Source: Lepidodermella squamata (lineage: Eukaryota > Animalia > Gastrotricha). From it: a stretch of 64,000 bases of DNA. Of this stretch, positions 1 to 11,824 are shown piece after piece. The stretch's first letter is position 1. Each line of letters begins with the position of its first letter. The translations under genes were made by a program, and so were the position numbers. Location of the stretch: NCBI GenBank assembly GCA_047495785.1, contig JBLDXI010000007.1:2232001-2296000 (forward strand), read 5' to 3'. The notes below the pieces were generated by a model. It was given only the letters and a program-made list of their open reading frames with translations, searched no databases and was not told the DNA's origin.

Positions 1-347
1 CCCTCTCGAGTAATGTTTAGCTGATTTGGATTATCGGTCAATTCTTGAACTATTGCTCTTTCAATGACTGATTTGAGATAATTTTTTTGATGATAATAAA
101 AAAAATGTTGAAATGTTTTTTTCTAAAAGATTGAATTGAAAACAGGTTCGCGAGAAATAATGGCGGCGTAGTTGAGGCGGTTCGAATAAAAAATTAAATC
201 ACGTGGGATGCTCGTGCCAGGAAGATCGCGCGCCCTTTACAATATCAACACATTTTTTTGATACCGAAAATCTCAATAATAATCACAATTATTTCACAAA
301 TTTATCCTACCGGCTTAAATTTATTTTTACTGATTTACAAGAATTCG

Positions 348-3300
348 ATGTCGCGATATTTTGCGCTTGTTTACACGTTCAGCCTGTTCCGCGTGTTGTG
401 GAGCGTTGACCTCTATTTCGAGAATACAAAAATTTACTTATTCCAAAATGCGGACCCGAACATTCCATCGATAAACGTGACACTGTATGAGGGTACTTTT
501 GATGGCTTCTCACCGGGTCAGCCACCTGCAACACCGTGGCCCTTGCCTATCCCATATACATTCAACAATGGGACCTGGTATATTTATACGCCCGGCAATT
601 CTGACGTCTGTAAGTTAATCTGTGTTACCATTAATGTATGAAACAATTGATGTATTGTATCATCATGATAAATTAGCTCCGCTTGACAGACAGGTTTACA
701 AGCAGGCCATAGCTTATATCGAATCGGTTACCTGTTTGCGCTTTGTGGAAAGATCATCCATCGGTTTGAATGAGCCTAACTCGATCCTCTTCATAGGAAG
801 ACTTGGGTGAGTTTTGTTTCCTAACCTGCGATATAAAAAACTTGTCTGCCATTTGTATTACGCGTATAGAGACCAAGCTGGCTATCATTCAACTTCTTAT
901 CCTCTGAGGGTTGTCGCAATTAGCAGCGAAACTGGCAACGACAATTTCTTTTACGCAGCAAGTTTCAGGCTTCTTATTAACTCAATCATTTGAGCGAAAT
1001 CATTTGAGTTATAGGTGCCTGCCGCGATCAGGAAGATTGGCTATGCCCTTGGACTGACATATGAGCTCAGACGGCCAGATCGGGGTCAATACCTCGTTCC
1101 TTTTCCTGGCAACGAGAACATGTTCAAATTCTCAAATTATTAACAAAACAAGTAATTTTCTGTTTTTATCCGTCCCAGCCCCTTCCCCATCAACCCATTC
1201 CCCATCAACCCGGCGCAAACTTACTACAATGCAACGCCCTTCGACCATGAGTCGCTCTTCAACCCGGCGATGGGACGACTAGGTGGGATATGGCTTCCCA
1301 GGATGTACCCAATTGATCGGCGCTACGTGGCTTCTGTTGGCCAGTCTGCCTGGCTGTCATTGTTCGACACGATCAAGCTGAACACGCTATACAAGTGCTT
1401 TGGTGAGCAAACTACTTTATCAATAATAAAGTGTGCGCAAACTTTTTTGCCTCGCTTTTTTTGAATAACTTTTAAACCGTAAGTGATGCAAAGACGCGGT
1501 TTTCAGCAAATTAAAGAGCAGATGTGGTCTGATCATTCCCTAAGAGCTTGTTTCAAAAAAATGTACCGCAAGAAAGATGTGCAAGAAATGCGTTTTGCCA
1601 TTTTTCATAATTTTTCCATTTTTTAAAAATGAAATTTTTGCATCCGATGTGGCCTGAGTGCACATTTACGGATCCGCGGTGGTTTCCTCCGGTCACTAAA
1701 AAGCCGTGAAATGCTAGTTTTCTCTAACAATTAATTGCTCGCACGCTATTGGTCGATTCAAAAATAAGCGCGGGAGTCGCATTAATGCCGCTGCGAAACA
1801 AAATAACCGTCGACTTCACAGATTCATGGTTAATAATGCAGACCGGCGCAAATACAGGGCCTCATTATCAGATGCAGTTAAAATAGGATTTTTTGGGAGA
1901 ATAATTGGAACAAATTTCTAAAAAAAAAATCAAAAATCCAGTGAAATCAATAACTGAAAAAATGAGCAAAGGCTGTGATTTTTTCACCCAAATGTCGACA
2001 TTTTGCCTTCAACTTCTAGCTGCAAAAAAAGAATTAGGTAATTGGCAAAAATCACCCAAATCGCCCAAAAATTCAACGAAAATTGTCAATTTGTCAATTG
2101 AAAGCGCGGTAAAACTGGACGCAAAATTCAGCTGAACTCGATAATGAAATAAAAAAGGCTGTTTGTTATCACTACCTTAATCCTGAATTCAGCTTTTTAC
2201 AGGTGGACTGCGAATTTGGAATATCAATAAATTCTTGATAAAACCGAGATTGAGTTTTTTCGTTATTCGAGGGTGAGGTTGTCATTAAAAGTCATTACCG
2301 TATGGCAGTTTACGTTCATTCGCGCTGCTTTCTTGGCTATAGTTTTTTCCTGCAGTTGTAATATCACATAGCAATAAAACTTGCTCACGCTATTTTTTGC
2401 AACACGCAACCATTTCCACACCAAAAAATTAGGTCACTACAACACGAATTTATGAATGGCTTGCAGCCATTAGCTCAGTGTACATTGCGATCATCTTACC
2501 GTTATTTCGAGAAAAATGAACGATAAAATTGAGCCTTGGAAATGAAAAAATAGGGGTAGCCCTTTCCGCCATTCAATTGCAAACTAAACTTAAGTGGAGA
2601 CTATCGATTTCAAAGCAGTAAATGAATATTAGGTAATTTTTTATAATTTTGCAACATGCCAAGGCGCGACATTTTTTGCATCAAAGTGGTTTAAATTGCT
2701 TGCAAATCGAAGCCTTACTTTATTTTCTCCAATAATTTATTGCTAATTTTTCGAAATTCTTTCGAATATTATTTATTTCCATGTGGAGTAATTTTCACAT
2801 AAGTCATTTTTTTACAGTTTGCGAGAATGAGGCTCTTAATATTTGCGTCGGTCTTGACTCTTGACTCTTGACTATGAGCCACAAGCCACAACTCTGTCAA
2901 GTCGACGGCTGTTTTGTTTCACAGTGGCATTACGCGCGTTTTTTTTGAATTGACCAATAGCGTGCGAGCAAATAATTGTTATGGAAAACTAGCCTTTCAC
3001 GATCTTTTAGTGGCCGGAAGAAACCACCGCGGATCCGTAAATGTGCGGCCTGAGTTGATTGTCTCTCTTGCCAGAGGCTTCAATTTATTTTGAGAGATGC
3101 TCCGTGATGGATCCAAGTCACCGATTCCCGAAAAAACAGTGCACGACAGTCCGAAACTCAAGGTTTCATAAAATTGGCGCCGATCAATGAAAAATTCTGC
3201 AAAATCATTTCCGATCGCGGTTGGTGGATAAGACCTTCTCTGTGGGCGCTAATTCAAATTTCCTTGTTGACGGTGCGTTATTGACCTAATCCCCAGCTAT

Positions 3301-6300
3301 AAAAAATTTCTGATAAAGCCTTTTCACTGGATGATGCCATCCAGCCTTAAATCCTGTAAAATGTCATTTTTCAAAAATGAGAATTTTTATTAAAAGTCGC
3401 GGGCAGCATTTTCGTCATTAATATTTTGTCCCGAACCCCTTTCTGACGAAAATTCAAGGAAAGATCACCCCAGACTAGATCTATCGACTGGCGAAAACCG
3501 CATTGAAAAAATCATCGTGGTTAGGGAGTTATTCAAAAAAGCGAGGCAAAAAAGTTTGCGCATACTTTATTATAAATCGATATTTTACCATGTAATTTCT
3601 AAAATCGTAGCGCAATACTTACAGCGTGTCCCATATGAGTTGCATAGCCATTAGACCGTTAACAAGGAAAATTGGGGTTTGGCGACATTTTTGTCATCGT
3701 AAGATTTTGATGCCCTTTTCAATTTTCAAGATCAGTAAATGAGGAGTCGAACGACCGCAGTCGAGATTTCTAGGAGTAATATGAGGTGAGCAATCTTGCT
3801 AGATAACAGGGCCGGATCACCCAGTAGGCAAATAAGGCAATTGCCTTATTGGGGCCCATTGACTTTTGGCACCTGAAGTAAGAAACCACAGGGGGAACCC
3901 TTACCATCAAAGGGCCCATGAAAAAAATCGTACTCCTAACAAAACCCTTATGCTTTTTGTTGACATGATTTTGTTTGAAGAATCATGCCCTTTACGGTCT
4001 TTGGCTGCGCTGCATAAATCCGGCTCTTTGAAAATGTGAGAAATGTGGTGAATAATCGTCAGCTAAAGCTCGCTTCGCTCGCGGCTGACTAATTTCTAGC
4101 AAGTGAGTGACTTCAGGGAGGATGAGGGTGATGATCCCCACCAGCTCGGCCGGGCCAGACAACAAAATGAGAGTTTATCCCGCTGTTTTGTTAATTTCTA
4201 GAGGTTGTGGAGCATGTTTTAGCGGATAATCTTTGAAATTTTCTCGCTTCGCTCGGTTTTTAGTCAAAACAGCAAACAATTTTTTTCCATCCCCGGCAGC
4301 TCCAGGATCCAAGATCGCACCCTGTTTCTAGCAATTTAACATATTAAGTATAACGCCTTAGATCTGGTTTTAGACAGCAGGCGGATTTTAGGGCGCTAGG
4401 CCGAAGGCCGTTGCGCTCTAAAATCCGCCAGCTGGATGAAACTGGATCTCAGGCGTTGTACTTTTTAATACGTGTCTGAAATAAAATCCGCTGAGCAGGA
4501 CAGATCAATTTCAACGATTGTTTTTTTGGACGTGTCCAAGAAACGGCTCTCCCAAAATGACACCGGCTTATCTAAAAAGTGGTCACCGTCGATTGTTTCC
4601 ATGTTTTCAATCACCGTGCCCAAGTGGTCCGATTAAGACACGGTTAAGCAGGCGGCATGTCGGTCTAGTGATAACGAAAAGCCCGCGCTTGGCTTTACTA
4701 GTCATCTCATTTGGCTTTTATTAATTTTGAATGCTACTAGCTATTTTTCTCACATTTTGGCATTCAGATTTCGTTAATCATCGAGCTTTTTCACGTCATT
4801 CAAAGTGACCAAGATGTGCAACTAGAGTAAGTTTGACTCTTTTCAAGCGTTCCCAGCAAAATCGATAGGCCTTATTTTGCTCAAATCAATCATTTCTTAC
4901 TTTCGCAATATGATTGGCCTGATTTCAACAATTTTGAGAAATTTATCAGCCTTATTTTGCGCCGGTAAATTTTGATTTATTGATTATTATCGATTTTTTG
5001 AAATTCTGCGGCACTCATTGTAGCTGCATTGAGGGCTATGAGCTTATTTCTTTCATGGGATGATTCTCTTACCCTATTGATTTGATTCTTGGTTTGCCAA
5101 AATTCCTCTTCGCGCGAAAATAATTGTCCAAACCCCACTTTTCATTTGTCACTATAATCGAGCCAGCTGCTTCTTGTCGTAACATCTCGGTAAAAAAAAC
5201 TTTTTCTCGAGATGTTTTTGGCGTGTCCGACACAATGATGGATTAATTTCAGGCAGGCAGATTTTTGAAGTCAGGAAGGCAGGACATCAAAAAATCGGCC
5301 TGCCTGAAATTAATCCATCATTGAGCAGGACGCACTGTCTGAAATTGGAGCGAAGGCGGATTTTATTTCAGACATGTATTAAATTAAGTATAACGCCTTA
5401 GATCTGGTTTTAGACAGCAGGCGGATTTTAGGGCGCTAGGCCGAAGGCCGTTGCGCTCTAAAATCCGCCAGCTGGATGAAACTGGATCTCAGGCGTTGTA
5501 CTTTTTAATACGTGTCTGAAATAAAATCCGCTGAGCAGGACAGATCAATTTCAACGATTGTTTTTTTGGACGTGTCCAAGAAACGGCTCTCCCAAAATGA
5601 CACCGGCTTATCTAAAAAGTGGTCACCGTCGATTGTTTCCATGTTTTCAATCACCGTGCCCAAGTGGTCCGATTAAGACACGGTTAAGCAGGCGGCATGT
5701 CGGTCTAGTGATAACGAAAAGCCCGCGCTTGGCTTTACTAGTCATCTCATTTGGCTTTTATTAATTTTGAATGCTACTAGCTATTTTTCTCACATTTTGG
5801 CATTCAGATTTCGTTAATCATCGAGCTTTTTCACGTCATTCAAAGTGACCAAGATGTGCAACTAGAGTAAGTTTGACTCTTTTCAAGCGTTCCCAGCAAA
5901 ATCGATAGGCCTTATTTTGCTCAAATCAATCATTTCTTACTTTCGCAATATGATTGGCCTGATTTCAACAATTTTGAGAAATTTATCAGCCTTATTTTGC
6001 GCCGGTAAATTTTGATTTATTGATTATTATCGATTTTTTGAAATTCTGCGGCACTCATTGTAGCTGCATTGAGGGCTATGAGCTTATTTCTTTCATGGGA
6101 TGATTCTCTTACCCTATTGATTTGATTCTTGGTTTGCCAAAATTCCTCTTCGCGCGAAAATAATTGTCCAAACCCCACTTTTCATTTGTCACTATAATCG
6201 AGCCAGCTGCTTCTTGTCGTAACATCTCGGTAAAAAAAACTTTTTCTCGAGATGTTTTTGGCGTGTCCGACACAATGATGGATTAATTTCAGGCAGGCAG

Positions 6301-9300
6301 ATTTTTGAAGTCAGGAAGGCAGGACATCAAAAAATCGGCCTGCCTGAAATTAATCCATCATTGAGCAGGACGCACTGTCTGAAATTGGAGCGAAGGCGGA
6401 TTTTATTTCAGACATGTATTAAATTAAGTATAACGCCTTAGATCTGGTTTTAGACAGCAGGCGGATTTTAGGGCGCTAGGCCGAAGGCCGTTGCGCTCTA
6501 AAATCCGCCAGCTGGATGAAACTGGATCTCAGGCGTTGTACTTTTTAATACGTGTCTGAAATAAAATCCGCTGAGCAGGACAGATCAATTTCAACGATTG
6601 TTTTTTTGGACGTGTCCAAGAAACGGCTCTCCCAAAATGACACCGGCTTATCTAAAAAGTGGTCACCGTCGATTGTTTCCATGTTTTCAATCACCGTGCC
6701 CAAGTGGTCCGATTAAGACACGGTTAAGCAGGCGGCATGTCGGTCTAGTGATAACGAAAAGCCCGCGCTTGGCTTTACTAGTCATCTCATTTGGCTTTTA
6801 TTAATTTTGAATGCTACTAGCTATTTTTCTCACATTTTGGCATTCAGATTTCGTTAATCATCGAGCTTTTTCACGTCATTCAAAGTGACCAAGATGTGCA
6901 ACTAGAGTAAGTTTGACTCTTTTCAAGCGTTCCCAGCAAAATCGATAGGCCTTATTTTGCTCAAATCAATCATTTCTTACTTTCGCAATATGATTGGCCT
7001 GATTTCAACAATTTTGAGAAATTTATCAGCCTTATTTTGCGCCGGTAAATTTTGATTTATTGATTATTATCGATTTTTTGAAATTCTGCGGCACTCATTG
7101 TAGCTGCATTGAGGGCTATGAGCTTATTTCTTTCATGGGATGATTCTCTTACCCTATTGATTTGATTCTTGGTTTGCCAAAATTCCTCTTCGCGCGAAAA
7201 TAATTGTCCAAACCCCACTTTTCATTTGTCACTATAATCGAGCCAGCTGCTTCTTGTCGTAACATCTCGGTAAAAAAAACTTTTTCTCGAGATGTTTTTG
7301 GCGTGTCCGACACAATGATGGATTAATTTCAGGCAGGCAGATTTTTGAAGTCAGGAAGGCAGGACATCAAAAAATCGGCCTGCCTGAAATTAATCCATCA
7401 TTGAGCAGGACGCACTGTCTGAAATTGGAGCGAAGGCGGATTTTATTTCAGACATGTATTAAAATGAAATATATTGGTCCTGTGACACTCATTCTATAAA
7501 GCAGCGCGCGGTTCCCAAACTTTTTGTCTCGTAGGACACAGTAGTGTCCTATGAGAATGGTTCGTAGGACACCTTACTAAAATGAATGGAATTTGGTAGG
7601 GAGTGGGTACAATTTTTTGAGCTACAAATTGATTGCTTGCAGTGCACGAAGTACGATCCTCGAACTAGGGGGTATGCCCTGATTTTACGACCAAAGGGTC
7701 GATGGCAACCTAGCTCGAAATTAAAAAAATCTCAGGTGAACTTTAAACTAAGCGTGTGAGCGAAGCGAGGAAATTTTTCGAATTTGACACTGAAAAACGA
7801 CGTATAACTTCTTAAAAATGAGACAATGCCTCGGGGTTTTCCCAGCAATTCATTATGAAGTTCTCAATTTTTAAACCTCAATTAACCCTTAGACGCCGGC
7901 GCAATGACGCGTTAACTCGAGCGACCTTCAAAAAATTCCAGAGAATCAAGGAAAGGGTCAAATCGAAATCGGTGTCAGCAGAAAGTATTATATCGGACCT
8001 CAGATTGATAGCCGTTCCACTTTTGCGGAGAAACTTTACTTGATTTACTGTTGCTAAGGACGTGTTAGCGCGTTTTCCTAACGTGTTAACAAGTCTTTTA
8101 AAACTTTTCTCATGTATTTCGACCTGGTCGGCTTGGGTTTTGGAATTTCAATTTTTGGGAAGTGCTCGATTGTGATGAGTGATTTATGATAATTTATGAC
8201 GCAACAACTGATTCTATAGCATGACATCCCTCATCTTGGCGAATTTTCTCCGGAATTAACGCGTGTACACGTCTTCGGCGCCTAAGGGTTAATCATGTCG
8301 TCAGTCGTCAGGTAAAGTCTGGAATGAGCCTAGATAACAAGGGACATATCGTTAGCATCGTTGAATAACTCAGATTTAGGCTTGTTTACATTCGTTTCAA
8401 GGTAACGGGGGACAAGTAAAAAAGCGTTTTTTGACGTGAATGAAGAGGCAAAAACAAATGACATTTTACTTGTCACCTATCATTTTGAAATGAATGAAAA
8501 CAAGCCTAAATCTGAGTTATTCAACGACGCTAACGATATGCCAGTTTCAAAAAAACTTCATAAATAGGCAACTCGCGAGAGAAGCGAGCTTTAGCTGACG
8601 TTTTTTTGTCGATTTTGAGTCTGAAAATGGTCCAAAAACGCCTTATTTCTTGATGTGTATCTATTTTTAACATTTTGTCATTTTGAGGCCCATAGGACAC
8701 CAGTGTCATACAGGACACTTGATCGAGTATAACCAAAACGTTGGAATTCGAATAAATGCGTTACGTTTCATAAACAACATCAAGTTATTTAAGTGAAAAT
8801 AAGTAATTCTTATGATTTTTTGCTGTGAAATCGCGTGCCTGATCAATTTTTTGCTTCATCGCCCGGCTTCGCCCGGTCTCAAAAGGCCGGGCGTTACGGG
8901 CTGGGCGGGTATTTACCTGGCTGAATCAAGTTTCTTCGGATTTTTCACTCCCATTCACAAGAGGCATACTTGATTAATAATTTTATACATAATATATGAT
9001 TGTTTTCTGGATTTTTTCTGTTTTTATTAACATTATTTGACTCGTTCAGCCACAAAGTTAAGGGATTTCGCGAGTTGCCATACGTTTCTCGGTAGACATT
9101 CGGCTGAATGACAGTAGTTGAAGGTGCCAAGGCGCAGCTCGACGTGTGAGGTTCGAAGGGGACAAAGGATTAATAACAGAGGATTTTGCAAAAGGCTTAC
9201 ATGGCGTGAAGGCCACCAGGGCTTCATAGGACGACCAAGGCTCAAGGCTGAATACTCAAGGGCTCAAAGGCTTAAAGGCTCAAAGGTTCAAGGCTCGCCA

Positions 9301-11824
9301 AAATATCTGTCGTGTATAAAGCACAATAATTAGCCATAATAAGCAAACGTTACTTGAATTTCAGGCTGCGGCTTCCTCAGGGTTCTGGGCACGGACAGGC
9401 AGTGGCTGACGCTGAATTAGGCGAGGGCAGGATATTCTCGGTAGGCTCGAGGGCTAAGGATCTAAAGGCAAGGATGAGGTGCTCAGCTGTAGAGTACAAG
9501 TTTCTGGCAATGATGGCCGAACGTCAAATATCAACCAGTTAAAACTTTTGCGCCGAGGCATAACTGGGATTAAATCGACCAAGTGTCGTATGCGCCATGC
9601 GGGGGAATGATCGTTCATGGTCTTGATTACTACTTGATTACTACATATTCTTAAATGGCATTTAAGACAATTCTACGATTTTTCTGGCCGTGAGATATTC
9701 TGGCCTTTTATTTGCAGTTTCTTATCCCTTTTGCCTGTATTCACTTTGTTTGCGTTACTTATGGGACACGCTGTATTATACGCAAAACGAATATCTCCAT
9801 GTATTATTTTGACAAACTCATAGAGAAAAAGTGACATTTTTCTGTTTTTTCTCTATGGACAGACTCAGCTCCATGTAAAAACCCGACAATCACATGCAAA
9901 AATGGAGGCTATCCTAATCCGAGCGTCAACTGCACAAAATGCTTGTGCCCGCCTGGCCTTGGCGGTGATTCTTGCGACATTCCATTCCCAACGGATCCGG
10001 CAAACGGCTGTTCCGGCGAAATCTACGTTCCGCCTTGTACTACAATTGATATTGCTAGCCCTAGCAATCAAAATTCGAGCTGTTCATGGATTGTTAAAAC
10101 AGTAGGAATATTTTCTATGTCAAATTAACTGCTACTTTTAGCTGCTAGGGTAACACAAGTGGACTAGTGTTTGGTTTCCCCGAACGGCCAGGACTGCAAA
10201 ATTACTGTCAGTGATTATACCAGTTTTACTTTAAACTTGAAACAACCACGCATAATATTCTCCAGATCAGTTGGATTGTCTGAACTTCATTCTCATCCGA
10301 GATCTAGGATCCGAGGGTTATCCTGGATTCAGGTAACGTTGGCTGCGACAGAGCGACGTGCAGTTGAAGCTTTGCATTGCCAAAATTAGGTTCTGCGCGA
10401 CTACCCCATTTTCCGGACGCGTTTTCGTGACAAACAAGAATCAAGCCTTGGTGTTCTTCAACCTTCCCAAGCCAGGGCAGAGCGCCACAGTCACAGTTTA
10501 CGCAACGTGTCCGGGAGTGAAAGCGACCGAATTGAACCGGGAATGCGCAATCACGAAGAACTTGGTCGACTACGAAGGCTCTCTTTCGAAAACAACTACG
10601 GGCGAAACTTGTTCGCGGTGGAATACCACGAATTCAGTTATTTACATTTGGGTACCGAGAGGCGATTTCGATGCGGCTGGAAATGCGTGCAGAAGTCTGG
10701 GGTACACTGGTTTGCTGTGCCTGGATTCTAGTGGCGCCTTTGCCGAATGCCAAGGCGTTGATAGCGTCAAAAGCTGTAGTAAGTTGGGGACACTATTTAT
10801 TTTTTCCAGCTTTTGCTATAATACTTGCAACGCAGACTGCTAGGTTGGGGTTTTTACCAAGTTCGAAATTAGTGCCCTTGCTATTCACGAATGAACATTT
10901 TCAAGCGAATAGAAATTAGCTACGTTTTCGAAACCCCGTTTTCTTGTTTTTAAATCCAAAATCTAGTCCGCTGGCATTTCCGTGACGTTTCTAGCTCGAA
11001 TTATTTCGGTTGCTTGATCAAGAGGTTCAGTTCGCATTTCGAAAAGTATGACAGGAATTTTTCTTCAGGCAATTGTTGTTCGGAACCGACGGCTTGTCTG
11101 TTCTTAACACAAGAAATTCCAACTTGGAAAATCAACTTTCATCTGCTGATATAAGTTTATTTATTTGCTAGCTAAATTGGTTTATCGATGCATCAATACG
11201 AAAACTGGGCAATTCGAAGCCTGCAGGCCGTACTGCCGTGAAGGCGAAACTCCGTTCAAAGAATGGAAAGCTCGTTATACGGACACCTGTGACAAGGGCG
11301 TGAGTTGATTTTCTGATTGCTAGTAGCGCCTACCTAGTTTCATTTTGCCTTAGAACGTAAGAAAATGCGTCAGCGGCTCAACTTTCCGATGCATTGCTGG
11401 CGACCAAGGCTGCCTGGCAAATGAGACAAAAATCGTTAGGAATTACAATCTGAAATATCAAATTTTATCGCTTTGCAACAATTTCTTAGTCGCCGCTGTA
11501 CAATGGTTTCGCGTATTTTGGTCGCAATCTCCTCGCCTGCAACCATCGAGCTGACCTTAATTGGGTATATGCCACTTCTGAATTTCAGAGATGCCTATAA
11601 ATAATGTTACGGTTTTGCCCTCGCAGAAATACGTTCGCTGCTATCGGAATGCTCCGAGCAAGCCATTTGTCGACTGTCGACGTGCCGATTTCGGCTGCCG
11701 CTCGCCATCCGAGGTTTTTTTGCCGCGGTGAAGTCCTTGAGATTTGAAAATTTCTCTTTTTCAGGTCTCCGATGGCCAGTCGCCGCCGTACTCGGATCCT
11801 AACCAATGCTACCAAGGTGTTTAG
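348..11824 (+). CDS. Secreted astacin-like (M12A fold) protein, predicted catalytically inactive; astacin-EGF-CUB-like-kringle-Cys-rich tail, multi-exon
   Basis: Signal-like N-terminus MSRYFALVYTFSLFRVLWS. Astacin hallmarks AIAYIESVTCLRFVE, GYALGLTYELRRPDR, PFDHESLF and VGQSAWLSLFDTIKLNTLYKC. After intron 1403-9862 come the EGF motif CKNGGYPNPSVNCTKCLCPPGLGGDSC, a CUB-like CSGEI...CSWIV segment and a kringle-like DYEGSLSKTTTGETCSRW...NACR segment. Short Cys-rich exons at 11172-11824 splice in frame to a TAG at 11822-11824. The 3' exon chain is less certain. Confidence 0.75.
1426..3570. mobile_element. Non-autonomous Tc1/mariner-like TIR element (TA-flanked)
   Basis: ~45-bp inverted repeats ATAAAGTGTGCGCAAACTTTTTTGCCTCGCTTTTTTTGAATAACT (1426-1470) and its near-perfect reverse complement (3527-3570), with TA on both outer sides. 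No transposase ORF. Confidence 0.75.
1660..3046. mobile_element. Mutator/MULE-like (fold-back) non-autonomous element nested in the previous element
   Basis: Termini GCACATTTACGGATCCGCGGTGG / CCACCGCGGATCCGTAAATGTGC, with imperfect inverted similarity over ~220 bp. Exact 9-bp target-site duplication GGCCTGAGT at 1651-1659 and 3047-3055. Confidence 0.85.
4343..7463. repeat. Head-to-tail tandem array, 3 x 1040 bp, apparently identical, with internal inverted repeats and hairpins
   Basis: Units start at 4343, 5383 and 6423 (ATTAAGTATAACGCC...). The same 68-aa ORF recurs at 4518, 5558 and 6598. Each unit has a ~118-bp hairpin, a 27-bp IR pair and a 26-bp perfect IR pair. Confidence 0.95.
7886..8288. 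mobile_element. piggyBac-type MITE
   Basis: TTAA|CCCTTAGACGCCG ... CGGCGCCTAAGGG|TTAA: TTAA TSD at 7882-7885 and 8289-8292, and a 13-bp TIR starting CCC with one mismatch. Confidence 0.85.
8345..8540. repeat. ~200-bp fold-back palindrome (MITE-like)
   Basis: CATATCGTTAGCATCGTTGAATAACTCAGATTTAGGCTTGTTT pairs with AAACAAGCCTAAATCTGAGTTATTCAACGACGCTAACGATATG, and imperfect pairing continues toward the centre. Confidence 0.85.

Larger units (their letters stand above)
3622..9773. mobile_element. Second Tc1/mariner-like TA-flanked element, enlarged by nested insertions
   Basis: TA|CAGCGTGTCCCATA at 3620-3635 and TATGGGACACGCTG|TA at 9760-9775: a perfect 14-bp TIR with TA TSD. Confidence 0.65.

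Noticed and set aside
4518-6804. Three identical 68-aa ORFs
   Set aside because: TTG-initiated, no recognisable motif; a by-product of the 1040-bp repeat unit.
3807-8337. Possible hAT element starting CAGGGCCGG with CTAGATAA as an 8-bp TSD (3799 and 8330)
   Set aside because: No matching inverted terminus next to the second CTAGATAA. The hAT-like ends at 3807 and ~7510 are probably fragments whose boundaries I cannot define.
9100-9540. Short ORFs and AAGGCTC-like repeats
   Set aside because: Degenerate low-complexity sequence inside a transposon-filled intron; no transposase motif visible.
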